Shown piece by piece: positions 21,620-33,127 of a stretch of 64,000 bases of DNA. Where the stretch lies: the IMG/VR virus record IMGVR_UViG_3300047323_000673, positions 1 through 64,000 of that record; one strand, given 5' to 3'. How positions within the stretch are numbered: position 1 is the first letter of the stretch; each line of letters begins with the position of its first letter. Both the position numbers and the translations under genes were made by a program. The notes beneath the pieces are model-generated. The model was not told where the DNA came from. It made no database searches and saw only the letters and a program-made list of their open reading frames with translations. Origin of the DNA: a virus.

Positions 21620-22413
21620 TAAACTTTAATTACTTTATTTTTTTGAGATTTATTAACTATCAGTTCTTTATTTAATTTTTTTTCTAAATTATAAGCTTTA
21701 ATTACCTTATTTCTTTCTATTTGATTTTTATAGTCTGCCCAATAAGGTCTTGGAATTTCTGAATTAAAAAACATTGGCTCCACTGAATCTAACGCATATG
21801 GAGTCCAATTAGAGATATCCCCATTAAATTTTGAATGAGAAAATATAAAAACCATTTTTTTCACTTTAGAAACATCCCAATTAGAAATATCACCATTAAA
21901 ATCACAATAAGCAAATAATTGAGTCATATATTCAACATTAGAAGTGTCCCATTTTGAAATGTCTTTATTAAACTTTGACTGATTAAATAAAAACGACATA
22001 TCTGTAACGCTAGAGGTTTTCCAATTAGACACATCACCATTGAAATCAGATTTATTGAACATATGATTCATATTTTTAACTTTGGAAGTATTCCACTTAC
22101 TAATATCACCATAAAACTTCGATTCATTAAACATGTAACTCATATCCTCAACATTAGATACATCCCATTGAGAAATATCTTTGTCAAATCTAGAGTCACT
22201 GAATAATCCCTTCATAGTTTTAACATTAGAAACATTCCAACTAGAGATGTTTCCATTAAAATTAGAATGAATAAATAGTTCCGCCATATCTGTAATTCCA
22301 CTTACATCAATATGATTTAAATCACATTTATAGTTATAATCATTTGATTCAAATTCTTGTTGTATTAGTGCTTTTAAATGTTCTTTATCTTTTGCAACAA
22401 TAATAGGCTTCAT
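21619..22413 (-). CDS. DUF285/BspA-like LRR protein, 6 repeats
   Basis: Caps and repeats; tail LNKEL...KNKVIKV. Confidence 0.9.
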   Translation of the reverse strand: MKPIIVAKDKEHLKALIQQEFESNDYNYKCDLNHIDVSGITDMAELFIHSNFNGNISSWNVSNVKTMKGLFSDSRFDKDISQWDVSNVEDMSYMFNESKFYGDISKWNTSKVKNMNHMFNKSDFNGDVSNWKTSSVTDMSFLFNQSKFNKDISKWDTSNVEYMTQLFAYCDFNGDISNWDVSKVKKMVFIFSHSKFNGDISNWTPYALDSVEPMFFNSEIPRPYWADYKNQIERNKVIKAYNLEKKLNKELIVNKSQKNKVIKV

Positions 22414-22499
22414 ACTTGAATTGCCCCTAATTTTTATTTATTATTCTTATAATATATGAAAAGATTAATAAAGTAAATGTAATAGTTTTTAAAGGCTAT

Positions 22500-23003
22500 T
22501 CAAATTTTTATTTTTTTATTTTGAATACCATGAGAGTCTAATTCTTGGTTTAATTCTATATTTAAATTCTTTTTAAACCAATAATTATTAATTCTTTGAA
22601 CAATATCTATAGAAGTAGAACTCCAATAAGGTGACTCACACTTTGCTTTGTAAAATGTATTTGTAAGTTCTTCTACTTTATATGGCTTCCAATCAGAAAG
22701 ATCATGAGAAAATTTAGAATTTTCAAACATAAAAGTCATATCAATAACATTAGATACATCCCAGTGATTTATGTTGCCATTAAATTCTGAACATTGAAAC
22801 ATCGAGTCCATATCAATAACTTTAGAAACATTCCATTTTGAGATATCTCCATTAAAATGTGAATTGCAAAATAAAAAACTCATATCCTGAATATTGGAAA
22901 CATCAATATGATTAAGGTCACATTGATACCCATTTAAATCAATTTCATTTTGAATTAAATCTCTTAAATGTTTTTTATCTTTAGCAATAATTATAGATTT
23001 CAT
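22500..23003 (-). CDS. DUF285/BspA-like LRR protein, 2 repeats
   Basis: Caps and repeats; tail ELNQEL...KKIKI. Confidence 0.9.
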   Translation of the reverse strand: MKSIIIAKDKKHLRDLIQNEIDLNGYQCDLNHIDVSNIQDMSFLFCNSHFNGDISKWNVSKVIDMDSMFQCSEFNGNINHWDVSNVIDMTFMFENSKFSHDLSDWKPYKVEELTNTFYKAKCESPYWSSTSIDIVQRINNYWFKKNLNIELNQELDSHGIQNKKIKI

Positions 23004-23640
23004 ATTTTAATTTTTTTACAACATGATTATTTTGATTTAACTCTTTATCCAATTCTTTTTGAAATTGATAAGCATCTATAGCTTTTTTTCTTTCTTCTTT
23101 ATTTTCAATTGTTGCCCAATAAGGAATGGGAATTGAACAATAGCCAAAAATATCCAACATATAAGTGACATTATATGGTTTCCAATTAGATAAGTCTTTT
23201 TTAAATTCAGAATTACTAAACATAAATCCCATATCTTTAACACTAGAAACATCCCACTTAGATATATCTTGGTTAAATTTAGAACCTAAAAACATACTAC
23301 TCATTTCATCAACTTTGGAAGTATTCCAATTAGATATATCCCCATTGAATATTGAGTTTCTAAACATTGAAAGCATATCTTCAACATTAGAAGTGTTCCA
23401 TTTAGATATGTCACCATTAAATTCTGAGCAGTAAAACATAGAATTCATTAATTTCACATTAGAAACATCCCATTCTGAAATATCACCATTAAAATTAGAA
23501 CCCATAAAAATTTCGCGCATATCAGTAATCCTAGAGACATCAATATGATTAAGATCACATTTGTAACCATTATTTTGAATTTCCTGATTAATTAATTCTT
23601 TAAGATGTTCTGTGTTTTTTGCAGTAATATTAGGTTTCAT
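22981..23640 (-). CDS. DUF285/BspA-like LRR protein, 4 repeats, tail frameshifted
   Basis: Ends [11 protein letters not shown] instead of KKLKI*, consistent with one A missing in the A run before ATGA. Confidence 0.85.
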   Translation of the reverse strand: MKPNITAKNTEHLKELINQEIQNNGYKCDLNHIDVSRITDMREIFMGSNFNGDISEWDVSNVKLMNSMFYCSEFNGDISKWNTSNVEDMLSMFRNSIFNGDISNWNTSKVDEMSSMFLGSKFNQDISKWDVSSVKDMGFMFSNSEFKKDLSNWKPYNVTYMLDIFGYCSIPIPYWATIENKEERKKAIDAYQFQKELDKELNQNNHVVKKLKYEIYNYC

Positions 23641-24518
23641 ATTTTTGACTTTTTTGTTTTAACAATATTTAAATTTAATTCTTTATTTAACTGATATTGT
23701 GTAATAACCTTATTTCTTTCAATTGAACTATTGTATTTGGCCCAATAAGGTATTGAAAATTCTTTATCGAACATTTCTTTGTCAGTTTCTAAAGAAAGTG
23801 GCGCCCAATTAGAAAGATCTCCCTTAAATTTTGAATCTTTAAACATATATGCCATATTTTCTACATTTTCTACATTCCACTTAGATATGTCACCATTGAA
23901 TACAGAGTCTCTAAATACTCCCCACATATATTTAACATTAGAGGTATTCCAATTAGAAATATCCCCATTAAATTTAGAATAACTAAAAATTCCTTGAATA
24001 TTTTCTACACGAGAAATATCCCATTTAGAGATATCACCATTAAATTGGGAATATGCAAACATATGGCTTATAGTAATTACATTACTCATATCCCAATTAG
24101 AAATATCTCCATTAAATTTAGATTGTTTAAAAAGGTTACTCATATCTTTTACATTAGAAGTATTCCATTTAGAGATATCACCATTAAAATCAGATTGTTC
24201 AAACATACCACTTAAATTATCTATATTGCTAATATCCCAATTAGAAATATTTCCATTAAAATTAGAACCATAAAACATATTTACAATAAATTTAACATTA
24301 CTAACATTCCATTTAGAAATATCACCATTAAACTTAGAATAAAGAAATAATGCATGCATATCAGTTACATTAGAAACATCAATATGATTAAGATCACATT
24401 GATATCCATGTAATTCAATTTCTTCTTTAACTAATTCTATTAAGTGTTGTCGATCTTTGGCTACTACATTTTTGTCCAAAATTCCTTGTTTAATATTTGA
24501 TAAAAATTTATTACTCAT
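23637..24518 (-). CDS. DUF285/BspA-like LRR protein, 7 repeats
   Basis: Caps and repeats; tail LNKEL...KKSKI. Confidence 0.9.
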   Translation of the reverse strand: MSNKFLSNIKQGILDKNVVAKDRQHLIELVKEEIELHGYQCDLNHIDVSNVTDMHALFLYSKFNGDISKWNVSNVKFIVNMFYGSNFNGNISNWDISNIDNLSGMFEQSDFNGDISKWNTSNVKDMSNLFKQSKFNGDISNWDMSNVITISHMFAYSQFNGDISKWDISRVENIQGIFSYSKFNGDISNWNTSNVKYMWGVFRDSVFNGDISKWNVENVENMAYMFKDSKFKGDLSNWAPLSLETDKEMFDKEFSIPYWAKYNSSIERNKVITQYQLNKELNLNIVKTKKSKI

Positions 24519-25516
24519 ATTTTTAACTTCTTTTTTCCAATATTATTGTTTATTAAATCATTATTTAATTCTTTTTTTAAAGCATAATTATGAACGGCTA
24601 AGTTTCTTTTTTCCCTATCATCAAAACTAATCCAGTATGGCAATTTAAGATATTCTTTATCAAATATATTATCAACTGATTCTAAACTTAATGGTTTCCA
24701 ATCAGAGGTATCACCAGCAAAAGGAGAATCAATAAACATTCCATCCATATTTTTTACTTTTTTAACATTCCAATTAGAAATATCATCATTAAAATTAGAA
24801 TTTCTAAACATACTACTCATATCTACAACTTTTGAAGTGTTCCATTTAGAAATATTACCATTAAAGTTAGATTTGAAAAACATATAATTCATATGCTCAG
24901 TTTTAGATGTATCCCAATCAGAAATATTAGAATTAAATTTTGATGCGGCAAATAAAGCATGCATGTTTTTAACATTTGATACATTCCATTTAGAAATATC
25001 GCTATTGAACCTAGATTCCCTAAAAAGATCAGATATATCAACAACTTTGGAAACATCCCAATTAGATATGTCTTTATTAAATTTAGAAAGACAAAACATG
25101 CTGCTCATATCTATAACATTAGAAACATTCCATTTACTTATGTCATTATCAAAAGAACTTCCCCAAAATAATGCACTCATATTTTCAACATTAACAACAT
25201 TCCATCTAGATATGTCACCATTAAATTTAGCTCTCAAAAATAAGCCTGACATATCTTTAACTTTTGATACATTCCAATTAGAGATGTCGCCATTAAATAG
25301 TGAATCAGAAAATAAACATTTCATGTTTTCAACATTCGAAACATTCCATTTAGATATATTCCCATTAAATTTAGAGCCAGCAAAAAGATCGGCAATATCT
25401 ATAATATTAGAAACATTAATATGATTTAAATCACATTGAACTCCATTTAATACAATCTCTCTTTTAATTAATTCTTTTAAATGTTCTTTATCTTTAGCAA
25501 TAATTGGGATTCTCAT
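24515..25516 (-). CDS. DUF285/BspA-like LRR protein, 9 repeats
   Basis: Caps and repeats; tail LKKELNNDL...KKKLKI. Confidence 0.9.
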   Translation of the reverse strand: MRIPIIAKDKEHLKELIKREIVLNGVQCDLNHINVSNIIDIADLFAGSKFNGNISKWNVSNVENMKCLFSDSLFNGDISNWNVSKVKDMSGLFLRAKFNGDISRWNVVNVENMSALFWGSSFDNDISKWNVSNVIDMSSMFCLSKFNKDISNWDVSKVVDISDLFRESRFNSDISKWNVSNVKNMHALFAASKFNSNISDWDTSKTEHMNYMFFKSNFNGNISKWNTSKVVDMSSMFRNSNFNDDISNWNVKKVKNMDGMFIDSPFAGDTSDWKPLSLESVDNIFDKEYLKLPYWISFDDREKRNLAVHNYALKKELNNDLINNNIGKKKLKI

Positions 25517-26151
25517 AATTTTAACTTCTTACTCTCAGATGTTTTATTTTTATTTAAGCCCTCATTTAATTCTTTAATTATTCCTTTTTCTAAATGATAA
25601 ATTTTAATAGCTTTTTCCATAGTTCCTAGTAAAAAATGTTCAACCCAGAAAGGAATAGGTGCAGGACAGTTAAAAAATGCATCTTTAATGATTTGGGCGG
25701 AATAGGGCTTCCAATCACTTAAATCTTCACTAAAAGCTGATTGTTCAAACATAGAATACATTCCTCTAACTTTTGATACATCCCATTTAACAATACTTTT
25801 ATTAAAATTGGATCTAAAAAACATTTCACTCATATTCCAAACATTTGATACATCCCAATTAGAAATATCACCGTTAAAGTTAGAGCATTTAAACATTGAA
25901 TTCATATTATTAACATTAGATGTATTCCATTCTGAAATATTGCCATTAAATTCAGAATGATGAAATAAATAGGCCATATCAGTAATTTGAGAAACATCAA
26001 TATGATTTAAATCACACTTGTTTCCACATTTTTGAATTTCGTTTTCAATCAATGACTTTAAATGTTCAGTGTTTTGTGCAACAACTGTGGGTTTAGAATG
26101 ATTAGTTTTATTTAATTTTAAACTATTTGATAAAAATAAATCTTTTTTCAT
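25513..26151 (-). CDS. DUF285/BspA-like LRR protein, 3 repeats, N-terminal extension
   Basis: Caps and repeats; tail ELNEGL...KKLKL. Confidence 0.9.
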   Translation of the reverse strand: MKKDLFLSNSLKLNKTNHSKPTVVAQNTEHLKSLIENEIQKCGNKCDLNHIDVSQITDMAYLFHHSEFNGNISEWNTSNVNNMNSMFKCSNFNGDISNWDVSNVWNMSEMFFRSNFNKSIVKWDVSKVRGMYSMFEQSAFSEDLSDWKPYSAQIIKDAFFNCPAPIPFWVEHFLLGTMEKAIKIYHLEKGIIKELNEGLNKNKTSESKKLKL

Positions 26152-26173
26152 ATAAATCTCTTAGCATTGAATA

Positions 26174-26201
26174 ATTTTACCAAATTAAAACAATTAATCA
26201 A
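26174..26201 (-). promoter_or_regulatory. sigma70-type promoter (TTGATT-N16-TAAAAT, TG extended -10)
   Basis: Conserved motif upstream of operon head. Confidence 0.55.
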
Positions 26202-26263
26202 AATACTAATTATTGATTTAAACATATCATCAGATATAATTAATCAAACAATTAAAAAATAAC

Positions 26264-26983
26264 ATGACAACCACTAATAACCTACCAAGCACTTTAAGCA
26301 GAAAAATATTGGCCAATAAATTTGATGAAGCACAAGAATTAATTGACCAAGGTGTTAGCTTAACAAATGGTTTAATATCAACAGCAATTTGGCGAGATAA
26401 ATTTGAGGCATTTAAATTTCTTTTTAATCATGGTAAGGATACTGAAATTTCTGACTATGATTTATATTCTGTATTTATGAATTCAGATGAAATTAACTCT
26501 AATAAATTTAGGAATTTTTTTATTGCTAACAAAGATAATAATATAGAACTTCAAAAGCTATTTTCAAATTCTGAATATCAATTTGAAACTTTTTTTGAGG
26601 AGGCAAACAAAAAACTAGGTAAGATTCATATAGCTTATATCAATCCAGAAGCTAAATTTTCGTACAACCTACAATTAGAAATGACTATTGTTATTGATAT
26701 TAAAGAAGGTGTTAATACATTAATAAAAAAAATAGATGAATTCTCAGAATTCAAAAAACATTTAGCTCCAACTTCTATTGAAAATGAATTAATGTTTGAA
26801 GAAATTCAAAGAAAAGCTACCAAGTATCAAGATATATATAATAATTATTTAGCAGATAGACTTAATTTAAGAGAGCAATTAAAGCCGTTAAATGAAGAAA
26901 GAGAAAAATTAAATAACCGTATTGCTGAAACATTAAAAAAATTTGCAGATACAAATAGTTCAAATAAAATTAAGCCTAAATGA
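26264..26983 (+). CDS. hypothetical protein, ankyrin-like N-terminus and coiled-coil C-terminus
   Basis: FDEAQELIDQG...FKFLFNHG helices; heptad-like C-terminal region; ends NKIKPK. Confidence 0.6.
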   Translation: MTTTNNLPSTLSRKILANKFDEAQELIDQGVSLTNGLISTAIWRDKFEAFKFLFNHGKDTEISDYDLYSVFMNSDEINSNKFRNFFIANKDNNIELQKLFSNSEYQFETFFEEANKKLGKIHIAYINPEAKFSYNLQLEMTIVIDIKEGVNTLIKKIDEFSEFKKHLAPTSIENELMFEEIQRKATKYQDIYNNYLADRLNLREQLKPLNEEREKLNNRIAETLKKFADTNSSNKIKPK

Positions 26984-26985
26984 TT

Positions 26986-27010
26986 AAAAAAAGCCCGTTA
27001 AAGGGCCTTT
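26986..27010. terminator. intrinsic terminator hairpin between convergent genes
   Basis: aaaaaaagcccgttaaagggccttt. Confidence 0.65.
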
Positions 27011-27578
27011 ATATTTTACTATTCTTTTTAGAGTTATTATTTTTACTCAAATTTTGACTTAATTCTTTCTGTAAATGGTAGCTATCAATTGCTTTATTTC
27101 TTTCGTCCTTATCTTCTATCATTCCCCAATATGGTATTAAATGATCAGATAAACCTAATAGTTTACCTGTAGAGAATACTAAACTATAAGGTTTCCAATT
27201 AGAGATATCACCATTAAATTCTGAATATGAAAAAATATAACCCATACTTTTGACTTTACTTACATCCCAATTACTAATATCCCCATCAAATACAGATTTA
27301 CCAAACATATGATCCATATTTTCAACATTGCTAGTATTCCATTTAGAAATATCCCCATCAAAATCAGAACAATAAAACATTTGAGTCATATATTTAACAT
27401 TTGATACATTCCATTTAGAAATATCTCCTTTAAATGGATTATTAGAAAATAATTTTTTCATATCAGTAATACTAGAAACATCAATATGATTTAAATCACA
27501 ATATTCATTTAACTTCATTTCTTGGTAAATTAATTCAACTAAATGTTCTTTATCTTTAGCTATAATTGTTGGTTTCAT
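27009..27578 (-). CDS. DUF285/BspA-like LRR protein, 3 repeats
   Basis: Caps and repeats; tail LQKELSQNL...KKNSKI. Confidence 0.9.
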   Translation of the reverse strand: MKPTIIAKDKEHLVELIYQEMKLNEYCDLNHIDVSSITDMKKLFSNNPFKGDISKWNVSNVKYMTQMFYCSDFDGDISKWNTSNVENMDHMFGKSVFDGDISNWDVSKVKSMGYIFSYSEFNGDISNWKPYSLVFSTGKLLGLSDHLIPYWGMIEDKDERNKAIDSYHLQKELSQNLSKNNNSKKNSKI

Positions 27579-28288
27579 ATTTTTAAGTTTTTAGTGATAG
27601 TTTTATTTTCAGTTAAGTTTTCATTTAATTCTTTAGCTAATTTATATTTTTTAATTGCTTTATTTCTTTCTTCTTGGTTTTCATATTGAAACCAATAAGG
27701 GATAGGTGCATTATTATTGCTAAATGTATCAATCATATAAATCACTTTATACGGTTCCCAACTTGACAAATCTTGAATAAATTGAGATTGTGCAAACATT
27801 TCTGATATTTCTTTAACATTTTTAATATTCCATCCAGATATATCTCTATTAAATTTGGATTTATAAAACATACAATACATGTCTTCTACATTAGATACAT
27901 TCCACTTAGAGATGTCACCGTTAAATTCTGAAAAACGAAATATTCCTCGCATATTTTTCACATTAGAAACATTCCACTTGGATATATCTCTATCGTATTT
28001 AGAATTCATAAACATATTACTCATATCTATAACATTAGAAACATTCCATTGACTGATGTCTCCATTGAATTCACTACTATGAAACATTCCAGTCATATCT
28101 TTTACATTAGAAACATCCCATTCGCTGATGTTTCCATTAAATTTTGAATTTTCAAATAATTTAAACATGTACACAATATTAGACACATCAATATGATTTA
28201 AATCGCATTCATATCCATTTAATTGAATTTCCTCTGTAATTAACTCAATTAAATGTTCTCTATTTTTAGCAATAAGTTTTTCTTTCAT
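27575..28288 (-). CDS. DUF285/BspA-like LRR protein, 5 repeats
   Basis: Caps and repeats; tail LAKELNENL...KNLKI. Confidence 0.9.
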   Translation of the reverse strand: MKEKLIAKNREHLIELITEEIQLNGYECDLNHIDVSNIVYMFKLFENSKFNGNISEWDVSNVKDMTGMFHSSEFNGDISQWNVSNVIDMSNMFMNSKYDRDISKWNVSNVKNMRGIFRFSEFNGDISKWNVSNVEDMYCMFYKSKFNRDISGWNIKNVKEISEMFAQSQFIQDLSSWEPYKVIYMIDTFSNNNAPIPYWFQYENQEERNKAIKKYKLAKELNENLTENKTITKNLKI

Positions 28289-28307
28289 ATCTATTCTCCA
28301 TTACCAA

Positions 28308-28335
28308 ATTTTAGCAAATTAAAATCAAGAAACAA
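28308..28335 (-). promoter_or_regulatory. sigma70-type promoter (TTGTTT-N16-TAAAAT, TG extended -10)
   Basis: Conserved motif followed by GGAG Shine-Dalgarno and ATG at 28288. Confidence 0.6.
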
Positions 28336-28402
28336 TAAACCATATTTAAAAATTGACTTCATATATTTTTATCCTACAATTAACTTTAACTAGGAAAATG
28401 AT

Positions 28403-28714
28403 ATGAAAAAAATACTTGTTATATTAAGTGCTACTTTACTATCCGCTTGCACTAACTATGGATATGTTAGACAAGAAGAATCATATATCACAGCTACACC
28501 ATTAAATAATAGTTCTAATATTATACTCATACAAAGAACATATCCTGACCCTTATCTTTATTATGACAATTACTATTATTACCATGAACATAATCACAAT
28601 CATGGTAAACCTAATGATTCACATCAAAAACCGCCACCATCACCTCCTCCTGCACCACCGCATGATGAAAAGCCTCATAAAGAGCCATTTAAGCCATTTT
28701 TTAAAACTAGATAA
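28403..28714 (+). CDS. small lipoprotein with Tyr/His/Pro-rich tail
   Basis: MKKILVILSATLLSAC lipobox; ACTNYG shared with 50194..50436. Confidence 0.7.
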   Translation: MKKILVILSATLLSACTNYGYVRQEESYITATPLNNSSNIILIQRTYPDPYLYYDNYYYYHEHNHNHGKPNDSHQKPPPSPPPAPPHDEKPHKEPFKPFFKTR

Positions 28715-28745
28715 AAAAAGCCCTAGAGGGAGAGGGGAGATTTTA

Positions 28746-29324
28746 TTAAATTTTCAATTTATTTTTTGAGCTATTATTAACGACTAAATCTTTTTCGATC
28801 ATTTCACTTAATTCTTTAGCTGCATAGTATCTATCAATAACTGTTTTTCTTTCTTCTTTGTTTTCAAAGTCTGTCCAATACGGTTTTTTTATATTACAAT
28901 CATCAAAAATATTATTCATTTGTGCAGATTTTGGCTTCCAGTTAGAAAGATCACGATTAAATTTAGATTTAGCAAACATATAAGTCATGCTATGAACATT
29001 AGAAACATCCCAATTACTGATATCTCCATTGAATTCACTCATAAAAAATAAACCACCCATGCCACGAACTTTAGAAACATCCCATTGGGATATATTCCCT
29101 TTAAATTTAGATTGAGAAAACATAAAACTCATAACCTCAACTTTTGATACATCCCATTGAGATATATCTCCATTAAAACTACTTTTACAAAATAAATAAC
29201 TCATATCATCAATATTTGAAACATCAATATGATTTAAATCACAAGTATTTCCACTTAATTCTATTTCTTGTTGAATTAATTCTTTTAAGTGTTCTCTATT
29301 TTTAGCAATAATTTTTTGTTTCAT
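28746..29324 (-). CDS. DUF285/BspA-like LRR protein, 3 repeats
   Basis: Caps and repeats; tail ...KNKLKI. Confidence 0.9.
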   Translation of the reverse strand: MKQKIIAKNREHLKELIQQEIELSGNTCDLNHIDVSNIDDMSYLFCKSSFNGDISQWDVSKVEVMSFMFSQSKFKGNISQWDVSKVRGMGGLFFMSEFNGDISNWDVSNVHSMTYMFAKSKFNRDLSNWKPKSAQMNNIFDDCNIKKPYWTDFENKEERKTVIDRYYAAKELSEMIEKDLVVNNSSKNKLKI

Positions 29325-30010
29325 ATTTTCATGATTTTTCTTTTATGATTATTTTTACTTAATTCTGCATGTAAATCTTGATTTAATAAATAATTATTAA
29401 TTGCTCTTATTCTATCTTCTTTATCATCATATGTAGACCAATAAGGAATAGGTGCAAAACAATTTTTAAACATTTTATGTTTTTTTTCTAATTTATATGG
29501 TTTCCATTTAGATAAATTAGCATTAAATTGTGACTGACAAAACATTCCATTCATATTAATAACATTAGATACATCCCATTTTGAAATATCGCCGTTAAAT
29601 TTACAACTTTGAAACATACAATCCATATTCTCTACATTACTAACATCCCAATTACTAATATCTCCATTAAACTCTGATTTACGAAATAAAGACCACATTT
29701 CTTTAACATTAGATGTATTCCAATTAGAAATGTCACCATTAAATTTAGATTTTTCAAACATAAAATTCATATTAGTAACATTGGAAACATCCCATTTACT
29801 GATATCTCCATTAAAATCTGAATCATAAAATAATTTACCTAGGTTTGTAACCTTTGATACATCTATATGGTTCAGATCACATTGATATCCGTTTAAACTA
29901 ATTTCTTTTTTAATTAACTTAATTAAATGTTCGCGGTTTTTAGCAACTATATGTTTACCAAAAATTTTTTGTTTTATTCCTGATAAAATAAGGAAGAAGT
30001 TATTATTCAT
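29321..30010 (-). CDS. DUF285/BspA-like LRR protein, 4 repeats, N-terminal extension
   Basis: [13 protein letters not shown] extension; tail DLHAEL...KIMKI. Confidence 0.9.
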   Translation of the reverse strand: MNNNFFLILSGIKQKIFGKHIVAKNREHLIKLIKKEISLNGYQCDLNHIDVSKVTNLGKLFYDSDFNGDISKWDVSNVTNMNFMFEKSKFNGDISNWNTSNVKEMWSLFRKSEFNGDISNWDVSNVENMDCMFQSCKFNGDISKWDVSNVINMNGMFCQSQFNANLSKWKPYKLEKKHKMFKNCFAPIPYWSTYDDKEDRIRAINNYLLNQDLHAELSKNNHKRKIMKI

Positions 30011-30588
30011 ATTTTTATCTTTTTTTCTAGTGTCTTGTTTCCCTTTAATTCTTTTCCTAGCTCTTTTTGTAAATGGTAACTATCAATAGCTTTTCGCCTA
30101 GCTTCCCCTGCCTGAAATTTTTCCCAATAAACAGTTTTTTTACTATTATCAAACATATCATCACAATACTTTAAATTGTATGGTTTCCAATTTTGAATAT
30201 CTCCTTGAAAATTAGATTCCCAAAAAATTCCATCCATAGAAATTACGGTTGAAACATCCCATAAAGAAATATCTTGGTTAAAATTAGACCATTTAAACAT
30301 ATTACGCATATTTTCTACTTTAGATGTCTTCCATTCTGAAATATCACCATTAAATTTAGATTGGAAAAACATAAATGACATATCTTTTACATTACTAACA
30401 TCCCACTTAGAAATATCACCATTAAAAAGAGAACCATTAAAAAGAGAACCATAAAATAACTCTCGCATATCTGAAATATTAGAGACACTAATATGATTCA
30501 AATCACACTGATTTCCATTTGATTTCATTTCTTGTGCTATTAGTGTTTTTAAATGTTTTTTATTTTGAGCTATAATTTTTGGCTTCAT
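30007..30588 (-). CDS. DUF285/BspA-like LRR protein, 3 repeats
   Basis: Start at MKPK (upstream GGAGATAAAT is the SD); in-frame 15-nt tandem duplication; tail ELGKEL...KKIKI. Confidence 0.9.
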   Translation of the reverse strand: MKPKIIAQNKKHLKTLIAQEMKSNGNQCDLNHISVSNISDMRELFYGSLFNGSLFNGDISKWDVSNVKDMSFMFFQSKFNGDISEWKTSKVENMRNMFKWSNFNQDISLWDVSTVISMDGIFWESNFQGDIQNWKPYNLKYCDDMFDNSKKTVYWEKFQAGEARRKAIDSYHLQKELGKELKGNKTLEKKIKI

Positions 30589-30606
30589 ATTTATCTCCAC
30601 TATTTA

Positions 30607-30634
30607 ATTCTATCAAACTAAAATTAATAGACAA
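30607..30634 (-). promoter_or_regulatory. sigma70-type promoter (TTGTCT-N16-TAGAAT, TG extended -10)
   Basis: Conserved motif upstream of operon head. Confidence 0.6.
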
Positions 30635-30700
30635 TAAAAACTCATTACCATTAAATTCACTATTGTTCTTGTTATAATGAAATAAAACTAAAAATGTAAT

Positions 30701-30726
30701 AAAAAAGCCCCTCCCGGGGCTTCTTT
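30701..30726. terminator. intrinsic terminator hairpin
   Basis: aaaaaagcccctcccggggcttcttt. Confidence 0.7.
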
Positions 30727-31147
30727 ACTTTTTCAATCTTGCACGGACCTCATCTTCGGAAAGATTTAATTCCTTAGCAAGTTTCTTTACTGTTCGCTCA
30801 AATTTCTTGGCTTCAGAGTTAGCCTTGTCAGCTAACTCCTTTTTCTTTCTTTCATGAGCAAGTTTTTCAGCTTTTGCTATTTCTTTCTTTTCGTATGCCT
30901 TATAGTCAGAAAGTAAAGAATCAAGTTCTTCATCTTCCATAACAACGAGCAATCCTAAAGTGTATTCTCTGTTACCTTTTGAATTGAAATAATTTATTGC
31001 ATTTTTTAATACAACAAATTCATCATTAGAAACTTCCCTTACACTTTCTACAGAATTTAAATTATGCCAAACTTCATCATAATCATCGCCATAATTGAAA
31101 TAAACAGTGGACTTCTTCACATAAGATTTAAATATTACGACTTTCAT
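30725..31147 (-). CDS. hypothetical protein, charged coiled-coil C-terminus
   Basis: 140-aa ORF with AGGAGA SD upstream and terminator downstream. Confidence 0.65.
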   Translation of the reverse strand: MKVVIFKSYVKKSTVYFNYGDDYDEVWHNLNSVESVREVSNDEFVVLKNAINYFNSKGNREYTLGLLVVMEDEELDSLLSDYKAYEKKEIAKAEKLAHERKKKELADKANSEAKKFERTVKKLAKELNLSEDEVRARLKK

Positions 31148-31258
31148 AGCTTTCTCCTTTTAGTAAACAACCAAATTTGTTTTAAAAAGAGTCAACTAAT
31201 ATTTCGCTTATTTAATAAAGCAATCTTAACATTAAAGCTTTTCTTTTACAATAAATTT

Positions 31259-31831
31259 TTATATTTTTAATTTTTTATTATGAGTATTATTTTCAATTAG
31301 CTCTTGACCTAATTTTTTTTGCAAATAGTAACTATCAATAGCTCTATTTCTATCTTCTTGATCTTCAAATTCACTCCAATAAGGTATTAAGTTATCAGGT
31401 AAGCCCAAAATTTTACTTGTGCAAAATACTAAACAATAAGGTTTCCAATTAGATATATCACCACTAAATTTTGAATAAGAAAACATACAATACATGTCTC
31501 CTACATTAGAAACATTCCATTTTGAAATATCTCCATTAAATACAGATTTACCAAACATGTGACTCATATCTTCAACACCTGAGACATTCCAATTTGAGAT
31601 ATCGCCCAAATAATCAGAATCATAGAACATTTGAGACATATTTTTAACATTTGAAACATCCCATTTACTAATATCACCATTAAAAGAACTAGTAGAAAAT
31701 AAAGCACTCATATCAGTAACTTGAGAAACATCAATATGATTAAGATCACATTGATATCCATGTAATTCAATTTCTTGCTTAATCAAAACCTTTAAATGTT
31801 TTTTATTTTTAGCTATGATTTTAGATTTCAT
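31259..31831 (-). CDS. DUF285/BspA-like LRR protein, 3 repeats
   Basis: Caps and repeats; tail LGQEL...KKLKI. Confidence 0.9.
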   Translation of the reverse strand: MKSKIIAKNKKHLKVLIKQEIELHGYQCDLNHIDVSQVTDMSALFSTSSFNGDISKWDVSNVKNMSQMFYDSDYLGDISNWNVSGVEDMSHMFGKSVFNGDISKWNVSNVGDMYCMFSYSKFSGDISNWKPYCLVFCTSKILGLPDNLIPYWSEFEDQEDRNRAIDSYYLQKKLGQELIENNTHNKKLKI

Positions 31832-32526
31832 ATCTTTAATCTTTTTCCTAAATGAATATTTTCAGTTAATTCTTTACTTAAGCAATAAGCATCAATGGCT
31901 TTTTTTCTATCTTCTTTATCTAAATAATTAGACCAATAAGGTTTATTAGGAAAATCATGATTTAAAATATTGGATATTTCTGCCTGATAAGGCATCCAAT
32001 TAGCTAAATCACCGCGAAAATTTGAATTCCAAAACATAGAATTCATATGCTCAACTTTGGAAACATCCCAATTAGAAATATCACCATTAAATTGAGAATA
32101 AGAAAAGGCACTATGCATAATTTTTACATTAGACACATTCCAATTACTGATATCACCATTAAATTTTGAATTGTAAAAAATACTATTCATGTCTTTTACA
32201 TTAGACACATCCCATTCTGAAATATTTCCATTAAATAAAGATTCATGGAACATAAACCTCATATTTTGTACATGAGAGGTATTCCATTTACCAATATCAT
32301 TATTAAATTCTGAATCATGAAACATAAAACTCATATCAGTAACATTAGATACATCCCAATTAGAAATGTCGCCATTAAATTCAGAATATCGAAATAATTC
32401 TTTCATATCTATAATATTGGATGTATCAATATGATTTAAATCACATTTATAACCATTTATTTTTATTTCATATTTAATTAACTGGATTAAATGTTCTTTA
32501 TCTTCAGCAATAATTTTATCTTTCAT
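31828..32526 (-). CDS. DUF285/BspA-like LRR protein, 5 repeats
   Basis: Caps and repeats; tail LSKEL...KRLKI. Confidence 0.9.
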   Translation of the reverse strand: MKDKIIAEDKEHLIQLIKYEIKINGYKCDLNHIDTSNIIDMKELFRYSEFNGDISNWDVSNVTDMSFMFHDSEFNNDIGKWNTSHVQNMRFMFHESLFNGNISEWDVSNVKDMNSIFYNSKFNGDISNWNVSNVKIMHSAFSYSQFNGDISNWDVSKVEHMNSMFWNSNFRGDLANWMPYQAEISNILNHDFPNKPYWSNYLDKEDRKKAIDAYCLSKELTENIHLGKRLKI

Positions 32527-33017
32527 ATTTTTAGTTTCTTTTTTATATTATTATTTTCATTTAATTCATGCCCTAATTCTTTATTTAACCAATAAGCATC
32601 AATAGCTTTTTTCCTATCTTCTTTATCTAAATAATTAGACCACTCAGGTCTATTAGGGAAATCATGATTTAAAATATTAGAAATCCCTGCTTGATAAGGT
32701 GTCCACTTAGATAAATCACCACGAAAATCTGAATGCCAAAACATATAACCCATATACTCAACTTTGGAAACATTCCAATTAGAGATGTCTCCATTAAAGA
32801 CAGAATAAGCAAACATACTATTCAGAGTTGTTACATTAGATACATCCCAATTACTAATATTGCCATTAAATTTAGAATTATAAAATAAATCCTTCATGTC
32901 TGTAATTTGGCTTACATCAATATGGTTTAAATCACATTCATAACCATGTAGTTCAATTTCTTTTTTAATGAGCTTTTCTAAATGTTGTCTATCTTTGGCT
33001 TTAATTATAGCTTTCAT
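32523..33017 (-). CDS. DUF285/BspA-like LRR protein, 2 repeats
   Basis: Likely start MKAIIKA; tail ELGHEL...KKKLKI. Confidence 0.9.
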   Translation of the reverse strand: MKAIIKAKDRQHLEKLIKKEIELHGYECDLNHIDVSQITDMKDLFYNSKFNGNISNWDVSNVTTLNSMFAYSVFNGDISNWNVSKVEYMGYMFWHSDFRGDLSKWTPYQAGISNILNHDFPNRPEWSNYLDKEDRKKAIDAYWLNKELGHELNENNNIKKKLKI

Positions 33018-33042
33018 ATGCAGATTTTTATCCAATTACTTA

Positions 33043-33070
33043 ATTTTAGCAAATTATAAACAATAGACAA
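33043..33070 (-). promoter_or_regulatory. sigma70-type promoter (TTGTCT-N16-TAAAAT, TG extended -10)
   Basis: Conserved motif upstream of operon head. Confidence 0.6.
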
Positions 33071-33127
33071 TAAATTGATATTCGTTTTTAGTTGAGTATA
33101 ATTAAATTATCAATTAAAGAGAAAAAT

